NCBI GenBank assembly: GCA_002104895.1
Contig: MCFG01000022.1
Location: 248,001-312,000, forward strand
Direction of reading: 5' to 3'
Source: Anaeromyces robustus
Taxonomy: Eukaryota
Length of the DNA: 64,000 bases
The stretch's first letter is position 1, and every line of letters begins with the position of its first letter. This document shows positions 20,949 through 34,817 of this stretch, piece by piece. The notes beneath the pieces were generated by a model, which did no database searches, was not told the DNA's origin, and was given only the letters and a program-made list of their open reading frames with translations. The position numbers and the translations under genes were made by a program.

Positions 20949-23522
20949 AATAGAAAAAATTTTATTTTTTTTTTTGTTCTTTTATTTAAATAAATATACT
21001 TATTAATTTTTAATATATATATATTATTATTTATTTTTTTTTTTATTTTTTTATTTAATATTTTTAAAAATAAAATAAAATTTACCAAAAAAAAAATTAT
21101 AAAATAATATTATAAAAGGTAGAAAATAGAAAATAGAAAAATTATATAATAAAGTTAATATTTTATATATATATATTAAAGTTTAGAAATATACCATAAT
21201 TATGTATATAATTAATAACTAAAGTTTTATAAAAGAATTAAGAAATATTCAAAATTATTTTTATTATGTATATCATAAGACGAAATAATATATTTTATAT
21301 TATTTTAAATAATTAATCTTATTTATATCTTAAACTATAATTAAATATTATAATTATTATAACAAATATATATATATAATATTTTACACAGGGTTTTCAA
21401 ATCTTTATTTAGCAATTTATAATAGTTATGTACAGTTCGAATTGCTTTATTTTGAAACTTATTTTTAATTCCATATATTTTTAAGTACAACAAAAATGTT
21501 GTATTGTTGATTTATTAGAGTATTATTTTAATCTATTATTTTATTATATTGTATTATTTATTCTTTTTTTTTTTTTTTTTTTTTTTTTAATTGAAAAATT
21601 TAATCAATTTATTATTAAGCATTACTGATTTATATGAAAATTTGATAAAAAAAATGAAATGAAAAAATAAAAAAATAAAATAAAATAAAATAAAATAAAA
21701 AAAACACTGTATTAATATATATATTATGATATATTACCAATTTTTATACAAATAGTATTTTGATTTTTTTCCTACTGAATTAGTATATGCATGAAATAAA
21801 TTAATTTTGTTTTTTATATAATAATAAAAAGTAAAATTAATTATTTAAAAGTTATAGATAAATTTTGATACAGTTTGTAATAAAAAAAATATTTACCTTG
21901 AAATTCTATTAGATGATATAGAATTTAAATTTTGATAAAGAAAGATAATTTATATAAATTATATTAAAAAATAGTTAATATAATTGACTAAAAGAAAATT
22001 ATTTTTTTGTTTTTGTTTAATTTTTCTTAATAATGTTTTCTTAAGTTTTATTTGCTTAGTTTGATCTTATTTGATTATCTTTTATAATATTTTAATTTTT
22101 TTTAAAAAAAGTTTTTTAAACTATGTACATAAATTAAAATATTAAATTTTCATTTTTTCTATTAAATATATATTTTTAATGTTAATTCTAAATATATGTG
22201 TTATATGTAAAACTGTTGTAAGTACAAAAAAAAAAAAATAAAAATAAATAAATAAAATAAAAAAAAAAATAAAAGAAAAAAAAAAAAGAAAAATATAATA
22301 CTAAATAAATACTTCTATGAAACAGATTTTTAAGAAAAAAGAAAAGAAAAAAGTTATAAATTTAATACTTAAAAAAATGAACTGTATTAACAATATATTT
22401 GTTTAATATTTAATGAATATTTAAAGTTTTAATTATTTATTATAATAAATTATATTTTTTAAAATTATTATACAATAATTATATTAATAATTACTTTAAA
22501 TGTCTTATAATTTTTTTTTAAAAAATAATTTTTTTATAAAATATATAATTATCCAATATTTTTGTTTTTTTTATTAAAATATAAAAAAAATAGCCAAATA
22601 TTTTATATAATTAAATAATGTAATAATTTAAAATAGTTATTAAGGGTTATAGTGGAATATTTATTTATGAAAACTAACCTTTCTAAAAAAATAATTAATT
22701 TTAATAATTAACTAATAATTTTATTCATTATATACCATAAAATAATTCTATTTTCAATTTATTATTCATATTATATATTATTTATTTTTAAATTATAATT
22801 ACATGAATTTAAAACACTACATAACTTAAACTTTTAAACTATAATAATATTAAATTAAATTAATAATAAATAAAAATACTTTTTAAACTTTAAGTATAAA
22901 ATAATAACTTTATTAAATATTAAAAATTTTTAAAAAACAAAAAAACGAAAAACTGTCAAATTGTCAAATGTAAAATGAAGAAGAAAAGTAGAACTATTAA
23001 AAGTCTGTAAAACTTTTTTTTTATAAGTTATAATATATTGTAATAAAGTAATTGAAATCAATTGAGTTTTTTATTATTATTAATACATTATATATTTAAA
23101 TTATTTTAATATAATTATATTCATATATTTTTACATATTTTTATATAATATAATCCAACAAATATTATAATTTATAGAAAAAAAAATATCGAAGATTAAT
23201 TATTCATCTTATAATTAATTATTATATTCTTAATTAATTACTTAAAAGTGATAATAATAATAATAATAAAATATTACTCAACCAAAATATTTTAAATATA
23301 ATTAATAATCAATTTATATTTATAATATTTTTTTAGAAAAAAAGATTACTCATTAAATAAATAAAATTTTATTTTTTAAATTAAAATAAAGAAGTAATAA
23401 TAATTATACGTAAATGAAAATATTTTTATTAGTCATATAAATATTATTGAATATAAATTGAAACGATAATTAAAAATTATTTATTACTTTAATTTTTTTA
23501 AATATAATATAATAATTAATAA

Positions 23523-23567
<45 letters not shown>

Positions 23568-24199
23568 TATAAAGTAATTACTAAGAATATGTCATATTTT
23601 AAAATTTTTACCATTAATAATATATTATGTTGTAAATAAGTAGTAATTTTTAATATTTCTTCTAAAAATAATAATTATTTAAATACTAAAACAATTATAT
23701 TATTTATAATCATATCATCAAAATATCAAAATTAACTATTTGATAGTGAGTGATATAATTATTTTCTTTTCATTTATATTATTTTATTATAATAAAAAAA
23801 TATCATACATTACTTAATAATCCAACAATAAAATACGTTAAGTTATTATTTGATAAATATTATTTGGTATTTTATAATAATAAAATTATTTATCAAATAA
23901 TATTTATCAAATAATAATTTAAGATAAAACAATCATTACAGATTAATATAAAACTATTAAACTTTTAAAATATTTTTTTTTTTTACATTATATATATTTA
24001 TTTTAGAAATATTTAACAAATATTTAGTTTTTAAAATATAAATTAATACACAAAATAATTTTTTTTTTATAACGGTAATATATAAAAATATATATTATTA
24101 GTATAAAAATTTCTTTTTTAAATGTTGTCAATGTCAATATATATAAATATTATTGTGAATAATTAACTTTTTTTCCTTTTAATTTAAAAGTTATATGAA

Positions 24200-24207
24200 T
24201 TAAAATA

Positions 24208-24239
<32 letters not shown>

Positions 24240-26942
24240 GTATTATTATTCATAGTCATGCCTATATTATTTGTCATTCCATTATTTGCTGTACTTAACA
24301 AGTCATTAAAGTTTCCAGTTTGCATGTTGTTAATATTAAAGTTATTTTGATTTGTGTTTCCGAAACTGAAATTATTCATTCCCATTCCATTGCTTGAATT
24401 ATAAGTATAATTACCTGAACTCTCATTATTTTGATTTCTATTTTGTCCAAATGATGATATTAAGTTTTGAGAATTATTATTGTTAAAGTTATTCTGTTGT
24501 TGCTGTTGCATAGTGTTATTATTAGTATTAAAAGCATTCATAAAGTTATTGCTATTATTATTATTCATAGATTGCTGTTGAGTATTATTCATAATAAACG
24601 GATTGTTAGTATTTATGGTGTTGATTTGTTGATTGTTATTATTATAAAGTGTTAATGAATTTTGTTGTTGTTGATCATTATTTGATTTATTGTTCATAAT
24701 ACTACTGAAACTACTTGATATTAATGCATTATTATTATTGAATGATGATGAAGTTAAAGTATTAAAATTATTTGAAGTATTTGAATTATCGAAATTGCTA
24801 CTGAAGCTATTTTGATTATTGGTATTCATATTCATTGAATTATTCATACTCATGTTCATATTCATAGAATCATTATGCATTATTAAAGAATTAGTATTAT
24901 TCATACTCATGAAATTATTACTCATATTCATGGAATTATTACGTATTAAGGAATTATTATTATTAATATTCATTCCGTTGCTCATCATAGAATTATTATT
25001 CATATTATTCATATTATTCATATTATTCATATTATTCATATTATTCATATTATTCATATTATTCATATTATTCATATTATTCATATTATTCATATTATTC
25101 ATATTATTCATATTATTCATATTATTCATATTATTCATATTATTCATATTATTCATATTATTCATATTACTCATATTATTCATGTTATTCATATTATTCA
25201 TGTTATTCATATTATTCATATTATTCATATTATTCATGTTAATCATGTTATTCATGTTATTCATATTATTCATGTTATTCATGTTATTCATGTTATTATT
25301 AAGATTACTATAATTATTTATCATTTGTATTTGATTTCCTAATTGAACTTGATTATTAATTGTAGGTTGAAATAATTCTTCTAATAAATTAAATGTTTTA
25401 TTAGAAACACCTTTAATAGGTGATTGTAAATTGTCATTTGGTTTTGATACTGGCAAATTATGCTTAAGATTGTCAACAGGTGTACCACGAATAGATGGGC
25501 AATTATTAGAAACTAAAATGTTTATAGATTCTTCTAAATCACCATTTGTCTAATGAATAAATGAATAAATGGATAAGTGAATGGTTGAATAAAATAAATA
25601 AATAAAATAAATGAATGAAAAAATATTATTATAAAAATATATACCTTTTCTAATGCAGATTTCATTTGAATAATATCGGTAAATCCCATTGCTTTTAATT
25701 GGTTTAATCCATTAGCATATTCATATCTCGGAGATGTGTAACAATGTCTAAGACTGTCATGTCTTGGACTTGGTTCTGGTTTATTCATTGATGCAGTACG
25801 AGCTGGGAGATTAACATGAGTATTTATAGTTGATGGTTTTTTTCTTTCATTTGAATTTGATGCAGATGAATTACTCATATTACCTCTATTATTGTTAGTT
25901 TTAGTATCTGAAGATTCTGTAATTAATATTTCTGCAACAGCATCTAAATTTCCATTTAATTGCTTTAAAAGCATTAAATTATGAGTTTCATTTGAAAAAC
26001 CCATATCTTTTAAGTTATTAAGTTGAGATGAATATTGTCTATAATCGCTCTCAGTAAATGTTTGTTTAATCTAATAATAATATATTTATTTATATATAAG
26101 TATTAATATATATACAATATATAGATTTTAAAATATGTCTATTAATTATATAATGATTTTAAAATCATAAATAATATATATATATATTACTTCTTCTTCT
26201 TTAAATTTAGAATTCATATAATATTTTCTTTCGTATTTATCTCTAATAAAAACTTCTAGATCTCTATCAAATATAAAATAAAAATAAGTATAATTTATAT
26301 ATATTTAATCATTTAATCATTTTATACAAATAATTTATTAGTTAAAAAAAAAAAAAAAAAAAAAAAAAATAAAAATAAAAATAAAAATAAAAATATATTA
26401 CTTATCAGTATTTGATAATGGAACTGGTCTTGGATGTGCATTTCCTAGATATTTATTGTTTGCATTTGTATTACCACCTAATTTTTGAAATTCCTGTTTT
26501 TATTTTTAAAATGATGAAATTTTATTTAGTGGAATATAAATTAGAATAGTTATTATAATGATTTTAAAAATAATAAATACTTCTAATTGTTCAATAGACC
26601 AATTATCAAGAGTTAAAGATTTAACTTTTGATATATGTGTTCCAAGTTTACGATGAATGGATGCACATCTAATACATAGAAATATACCTAAATTTGTTGA
26701 AGCCCACTGGGGTCCTAAAATAAATTTTATTAATTGAATATTATATATATATTATTTCATGTAATTATCAATTAGTATTTTGAATTTATATTTTAATTTT
26801 TGAAGAACACTATATCATTTTATTATTCTATTAATAAACCTTTTGCACCACATTCACAACAATAATTGTTCATAGGGTCTTTTTCGACCATATTTTTGAA
26901 GAACTTTTTTTGTCTCTCAAAATCCTTCTCCTTTTTTGGCAT
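24200..26942 (-). CDS. ArfGAP zinc-finger protein with two UBA domains and an Asn/Met-rich C-terminus (Gts1/Ucp3-like), 6 exons
   Basis: [11 protein letters not shown]...[50 protein letters not shown] is the ArfGAP signature. UBA motifs are LKDMGFSN...[12 protein letters not shown] and LKAMGFTD...[12 protein letters not shown]. An NPF motif lies in the tail. Confidence 0.92.
24995..25297 (-). repeat. Coding 9-bp tandem repeat (AATAATATG/AATAACATG) encoding (NNM)n
   Basis: More than 30 units within the last exon of the ArfGAP gene. Confidence 0.95.
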
Positions 26943-27233
26943 TTTGAATTACTTTTATTTTTTCTTATATATTTTTTAAAGTGCTTTTCAATATGTATAT
27001 ATATATAAATGCTATTTTATTTTTTATAATATTAAATACAAATACACTATATTGTATATTTCTCTATTGATGATATAAAAAAAATAAAATAAAAAAGAAA
27101 TTATTATTTTTAATAAAAATATTTTATTATTTTACACGCTTTTTCTTTTTGTTTTATTTTATATTATTTTTAATTATTCTTATTTTAATTTCTTTTTTAA
27201 AGTTTTTTATTTTTTTGTATAATTTATTTATTT

Positions 27234-27660
27234 AAATTATATATAATAATTATTTTTTTTTGTTTATAAAAATTTATTTTAAATATTTTTAATTTTTATA
27301 TTAATTGATTATGTTTAAATAGTTTTATATATGTTATAAATAAGTTTATTATTTTATTACTTTATTTTTAATTAATAGTTTTTAAAGTATTTGGTAAATA
27401 CTAGCTAGTAATAAATAAATTAATAAATAGTAATAAATAAATTAATAAATATATTTTTTTAAATTATATATAATAATTATTTTTTTTTGTTTATAAAAAT
27501 TTATTTTAAATATTTTTAATTTTATATTAATTGATTATAATATATGTTATAAATAAGTTTATTATTTTATTACTTTATTTTTAATTAATACTTTTTTAAG
27601 TATTTGGTAAATACAAGCAAGTAGTTCTAAATAAATAAATAAATAAATTAATAAATATAT
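27234..27660. repeat. Tandem duplication of about 228 bp upstream of the ArfGAP gene
   Basis: Units starting near 27234 and 27462 share long identical stretches, e.g. tgtttataaaaatttattttaaatatttttaat and aagtatttggtaaatac. Confidence 0.9.
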
Positions 27661-27861
27661 AATTATAATTTATGTATTATAATATATAATAAAAAGCAAT
27701 AATTAAATGTGTTTTAAACTATAATAAATATTAATTAATATAATGAAATTTAAAAAATAATACAATTTGACACTTCTTTTTATTTATTTATTTATTTATT
27801 CATTTGGGGGATCTTACGGGTGAATGGAATACAAAATTTTGTATTTTTGTGTGTGTGTTTT

Positions 27862-27909
<48 letters not shown>

Positions 27910-28022
27910 AAAGATTATATAATATGACAAATAAATAAATATATTTAATACAATAAAGAGAAATTTATGTTATGAATATAAAATAAATAAATAAATAAAT
28001 AATAAGTAAAAGTAAAAAATAA

Positions 28023-28061
<39 letters not shown>

Positions 28062-28154
28062 GTAATAAATAAATAAATAAATATATAAATAAATAAATAA
28101 ATAAATATATATATTTATATTAATAACTAATTAATTATTTAATAAATAAATAAG

Positions 28155-28206
<52 letters not shown>

Positions 28207-29693
28207 AAATAAATAAATATATATTAATAACTAATTAATTAAATATATAAATAATGTATTTTATATTTTATTTTTATATATATATATATATTTATATTTT
28301 TTAATAAATAAAATTTATTTTAGTTGAAAAAAATGTATAATAATTAACATTATAGTATGGTATTTATCCGAAAAAAAAAAAAGATTTTTTTAATATATAA
28401 ATGTAATAAATGAAATTTATACATTATTATATATTTGTTTCTAATTGAAGAGTATGATATTAATTTTATTTGGTTTTTTTATATTTATTATTATTATGAT
28501 ATTTTTTTTCTGTATAAAAAATATAATATGATAATATATATTAATAAAAATAATATAAATAGCATAATGTTGTTGTAAATAATGTAGTGAATTATTTTAT
28601 TAAATATTATTTTTTAATTTAGAAATAAAATATTATATTAATAATTATTTCTTAACTTTTTTTTTTTTTTTTTTTTGTTCTTTTTCGCATTTTTTTTAAT
28701 TTAGAAATATTTATTTTTAATGATATTTTATAAATTAATTTGAATACAGAAAGTAAAAAGCTGGAAATAATTAATTTAAAAAAAACAAAAAATAATTAAT
28801 TTTTGTGTTTTTTTTATATTCTTTTATAATAAACCTGGAAAATTTAAATAAAAATAAAGTTTTTGATTATAAGAAAATATTATTTAATAAATTTAAACAA
28901 TTGTGTAACGTAGAAGACAAAATAATTTAATTTTTAAAAAAATTTTTTTAATATTAATTTTAATCTATTTAATACTCGAAATAATTTTATTTAATATGTA
29001 ATAGATTAAGTATATTTTTGTTCTATTTAATTATTCTTTTTTCGAACATTTTAATATTGTGTAAATAGCATAATTTTTAAAAGATATAATTAAATTTTTA
29101 TATTCTTATAATAATTTATCCTGTATTTAATATAAATTTTATATATTTTAAATTTTTTTAAAATAATAAATATAATTAAAAATTTCAATTATTTTCCATA
29201 TTAATTTATATTTAATTTTTTACATGTATATATAAAGTTCATTTTTCCTTTTTTTTTTTATATTTTGCAATAAATAATAAATAATTAATATGATATATGA
29301 TATTAAATATTTATAAAAATAATAATATTATAATAATAATAAAGATAAGAAAATAATAATTATTATAATAATAAATATTGCTATAAAATATTTGTTTTAT
29401 AAGAGTTTAAGTAAAATAATTGCTTTTATAAAAAAATATAATTATTTAAAAAAAAAATTTATACAAAAATATGTATATATTAATTCATTAATATATCAAC
29501 TATCATATATTAATTATAAAAACTTTTTAAATTCAATATTTAAAAAATTCAATATAATATTATTATATTATATGTAATTAATAGTTTAATATTTTAAAAT
29601 TATTTTGATTATTGAATATAAATACATATACATAAATAATTACCAATTATTGTTTCAATTATTATTTCTTATATAATAGTTAAAAATATTCAA

Positions 29694-30988
29694 ATGAATA
29701 TCAATAAACAGTTAGATTTCATAACATCTGAAACTATAATGTTTCATTCAGCTATTATTTTAGGACTTTCTATTCCATTCTCTATATTCACAATAATCTA
29801 TATAGTAACAAGATATATTAAAGTTTGCAAAAGAAGTAAAATATCTCCAGATTTAGCTACAATGGAAAGAAGAAGACATAAAGAATGGAAACCATTCAAG
29901 TATTTTCCATCAAAAAATATACTTTTAACAATATCATGTACTTCAAATATTTGTTATATTTTATTATCATATAAATATACCATGTATAGTATAGTATATA
30001 ATGATAATTCAATTAATATAATAATGAGATTATTATTAGTTATTTTATCAATGATTGGTTTTTCATCATTAATATTAGCTTCTGCATCTCGTTTCTCTTC
30101 AGGTATTGCTTTATATTATTATATCTATAAATATTAAATTTATCATTTATTTTAATTATTAATTATATATTATACTTTTATATATGAATATATTTTTAAA
30201 TATTTTTTGAAATTAATAAAATAATTTTATTTTTGAATGATATATAAAGCAATTATATCTGCTGAAAATAAAATAAAATATTATTTATATCTTGGATATA
30301 TTATTGGTATAGTTTATATATCAGAAGTTTTATTAGGTGTATTTTTTGTTTTTAAAGGTTCTTACTATGAAATGAGGAATAAAGCATTAATATTCATATT
30401 ATTCCCATTAATTTTTTTGGCAGTTTATATATATAGTGCTATATTTATCTTTAATAAGCATATAAAAACTATTATAAATGATATTGATGAATTAAATAAG
30501 AAATCAATTGTTCAACAAAAATCATCATTAAAAGAAATGAAATCTGTTCTTACAGTACATAATTTTGTTACCATAATAACATTTTTAATGATGTCACTTA
30601 GAATATTTATATACATATTATTAAGGTATAGTAACATTATTATTTATTTTAAAGAATATATATTAATTATATACATGATCTTATATACTGTATAAATATA
30701 TATATATATATTTAACATAATTTTTTTTAATCAAATTTTTTATAATTTTACTTTTTTCATCATTATTAATATAGAGACAGTTTATTATATTTAATAATTG
30801 ATGGTTTAATTATTGGTATATTATCCTTCGTTGAAGCCTTTTTTGAATTTATGACATTTATTGTTTATTACTATTCACCACATGAAAAATTCCATTTAAT
30901 TAACGATAAAGCTGTTGCTCGTGTTGAATTGAAATTAGAACCATTGACGACAGATTATGAATTAAAAGAAATAAAAATTGATAATTAA
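29694..30988 (+). CDS. Seven-transmembrane orphan protein (GPCR-like topology); exons 29694-30102, 30250-30625, 30775-30988
   Basis: In-frame GT-AG splicing and seven hydrophobic segments. S-R-F lies at the end of TM3, a charged loop separates TM5 and TM6, and the C-tail is polar. Confidence 0.8.
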
Positions 30989-31467
30989 TATAAAAGGTTT
31001 ATACCAATATATAATATATATATTAAGATTTTTTAAATTAATAAGAAAAAGAAAGAAATATTAAATTTATTTAAACTTAAATTAAGAAAAAATATTATTA
31101 CTACATAATTTCTATAATAAAAGGAAAGAAATATAATATAATAATAATAATAATAATAATTGTATATAAAATTATTATTATATGAATATAATAATCAGTA
31201 TAATTCATTAAATCATATTCCTTATAAATATTAATTTTTTGTAATAGTTTTATTTTTATAAAAATTACTATAAAAAAAACAAAAAAAACAAAATTATGAT
31301 AAAATTAAATCAAAATAAAAAAAAACATATATTAATAAAAATAATCAAGATAGTAAAGCAATATATATATAAAACGGTTAATAAAATTGATAGTAAGTCT
31401 TATATAATTTAATGAATTATAATAGGTATAAATTAAAATTATAATTAAAATAAAAAAAAATAAAACC

Positions 31468-31499
<32 letters not shown>

Positions 31500-31684
31500 G
31501 AAAAAAAAAAAAAAAACTCGAAAAAAAAAAAAAAAAACTCGAAAAAAAAAAAAAAAAACTCAAAAAATAAAACTAAGGTTATTTAGTATACACTATACAC
31601 TAAATAAAAAAAATTAAAATTAATAAACAAACAAAAAAATACGTAATAAAATAAAAGAATAAAAAATATTTAACAATTTATATG

Positions 31685-31728
<44 letters not shown>

Positions 31729-31741
31729 TTAAAAATTATAA

Positions 31742-31780
<39 letters not shown>

Positions 31781-32190
31781 AATACTAATAATAATAATAA
31801 TAATAATAATAGTACTAATAAAAATAAGATAATATTAATAACAAATATAAAAAATTGTAAATAATAATAAATAAAAAATAAAAATAAAAAATAAAAATAA
31901 AAATAAAAATAAAAAATAAAAAATAAAAATAAAAAGAAAAATAAAAATAAAAATAAAAATAAAAATAAAAATAAAATAAAAATAAAAATAAAAATATAAA
32001 GGCAAAAAATATTTTTGAATGTGTTTTTACTATTATATTATATATGATGATAATAATTAATAATTGATATTGATTGAAATAAGATAATTTTAAATGTATT
32101 CTTTATGCTTTTATTTTTGTTATGATATTATTATTATTATTTATTATAATTTAAATAAAAAAATTGAATTTAATAATACATTTCAAAATT

Positions 32191-32347
32191 TTATTCTGAC
32201 GTTTTTAGTGATGGGTTTGTTCTTAAAATAATATCTTTTAACAATTCATTATTTATTTGTGGATCTTTATTGTTATTTGAAATCTTTTGTTTTCCTTTTT
32301 TCAATAATAAAATTTTTGGATCATTATCATCATCTTCATTATTTGGC

Positions 32348-32382
<35 letters not shown>

Positions 32383-32406
32383 AGTTTTTTTTGTTTTTAT
32401 TTAATA

Positions 32407-32452
<46 letters not shown>

Positions 32453-33816
32453 TATATATATTTAAGTACATATAAAGATGGTCCTGCTTTAAAGTTATTT
32501 CCTTCATATAATTTCACACCAGGTGCAATATTAATAGAATTTATCTTTTATATTAAAATAAAATAAAATTATTTTTTAATACAGAAAATATAACAACAAC
32601 AAGAAAACAACAACAACAACAACAATAATAATACTTATACTTATATTAATACTAATACTAATACTAATACTAATACTAATACTAATACTAATACTAATAC
32701 TAATACTAATACTAATAGTAATAAAAAAAATAATAATAATAAGTGTAATAAAAATAGATATATAAATAAATACTTACAAATGACGGTATTTCTAAAGATA
32801 CGTCTTCTATGTATTTTTCATAATTATAATTAATATCCTTTTTATTATAATTAAGTAATGGATCAAGTTTATCATATTTTTCATTCTTTTTAAGCTTTAA
32901 TGATTGTAAGATTTTTTGAGAAGTTATTGGTATTTTTTTCTTTTGTAATGCTCTATTTGTTTCTGATAATAAAGAATTTTTTTGTATAATAAGATTGTTT
33001 ATATTATCGATATCATTTTGTAATTTTTCAATGTCATCATTTAAATCATTATTATATAATGATGATAATTTTATTGTTTCTTCTGATGATTTCTTTTCTT
33101 GCAATCTCTTTGTAAATGATTTTCTTTCTTTTGGTTTTTGTTTAGGTTTTATTGGCTCAATTATATGGGCTTTCACACTAATATATATATATTATATTTA
33201 AACATTAATTATTTGTTATATTGTAAAATTTTTATTACAATTTTTTTTATATAATCACCTTTGTTCAAATGATTTATCAGGTGAGGATTTAATAGTTGAT
33301 ATTAAACGACCGGTATAATTATATATATTATCAATATTCCATCCATCTTTATTTATACTTTGTACTTGAATTGTTGATTGCTTATGCTTTATCATTGTTA
33401 TAATTATTATTATTTTAAAAAAGTTCATTAAATAAACATCGTTGTATATTTAATAATTTATTTAAAAAAAAATATATTATATTGATTTTATTATACAAAC
33501 ATTTATTATGTCACTAATTCCAATTTTATTTTTCTTTTTATACATATAAGATTTTTGTTTTTCTTTAATAATTGAATCTTTATCATTTGGAATGTCGGAA
33601 TTCATTATATTTTGTTTAATAGTTTTGTTTTTTGCTTTTTTTGATTTAGTGTTATTAATTTTTGAACTTTTTTCTTTATTTGTTGAAGGAATTCTTTTAT
33701 TATTGGTATTATCTATATTGTCATTCATATTTTCCTTACGTTTTTTAGTTTTATTCATAGATATTTTCTTTGATAAATGCTTTTTCTATTATTCACAATT
33801 ATACAAATACATATTA

Positions 33817-33876
<60 letters not shown>

Positions 33877-34817
33877 TATAAAACATATGAAAGTATATGA
33901 ATTAATAATAAGATAATAAGAATCATTAATAGTAGTTCTTTTATTATTATTTTAAATATATATATTACCAATGATAAAGAAGTCTGTGATTTTGATGTAC
34001 TAATACTATTATTAAATATTAACCATTAAATAATTAATTTAGATAATAAATTATATTTATTTATCTCTTTAATTAATATGTTATATACGAACGTTATTTG
34101 ATCATTTTCTTTAGGTATTGATTTTTTTCTTGGAATATGTTTTACTGGTATTGCACCTCTTGCCCATGAATCATTAATAATGGGTTCTAGTTCTAAAATT
34201 TTAATATTTATAATACTATATTAATTCGTAGAAAAAAAAAAAAAAAGAAGATTTTAATATAATTTATTTATATTAAAATCATTAAACTAACCAATATCAG
34301 GACACCAAGCATCTTTATCGATTTTACCATTATCGAATTTGAAAAAATTCCACTTATATATAAATATTAAATAGAATTATTTGAAATGATTAAGCAATAG
34401 AACATATAATGAATAAAATATATTAAACAGTAATGCTATATAAATATCCACAAAAAATATAAAAAAAAATTTTTTATTTTAACATACATCAATAATTTCC
34501 ATTATTTTATTTTCAAAAAAGTTTAATGTAAAAGGTATAATTTGTTTTTCAATATATTTTTCAAATAGTAAACTCTCAGCATTCCATATAATTTCCTCTA
34601 ATAATGTAATTGCAAATTGTTCAGCTTCCTCTTGCTCATTTAATATATTCATACATTCGATGATATGCTCATTTTCTTGTTCTCCTTCTTTTTCATTGTT
34701 AACATTTTGTCCTGTATTATTAGTATTATTAGCATTATTTGTGCTTTGACTATTTGTATTATATGTTAATTTTGATTTAAGTGATGAATCAGCTTTTCCT
34801 TTTGGAGCTTTATTCAT
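32191..34817 (-). CDS. C2orf81: C2orf81/DUF4639-like protein, 9 exons
   Basis: The spliced N-terminal domain EEAEQFAITLLEEII...FEKYIEKQIIPFT...MEIIDWNFFKFD..AWCPDIELEPIINDSWARGAIPV resembles the C2orf81 block as I recall it (IPFT...EWRF..D...DSWAQGSVPV). Confidence 0.8.

Noticed and set aside
31497..31561. Regularly spaced CTCG units and other short tandem repeats as a CRISPR-like array
   Set aside because: The spacers are poly(A) or identical, there are no cas genes, and the context is eukaryotic.
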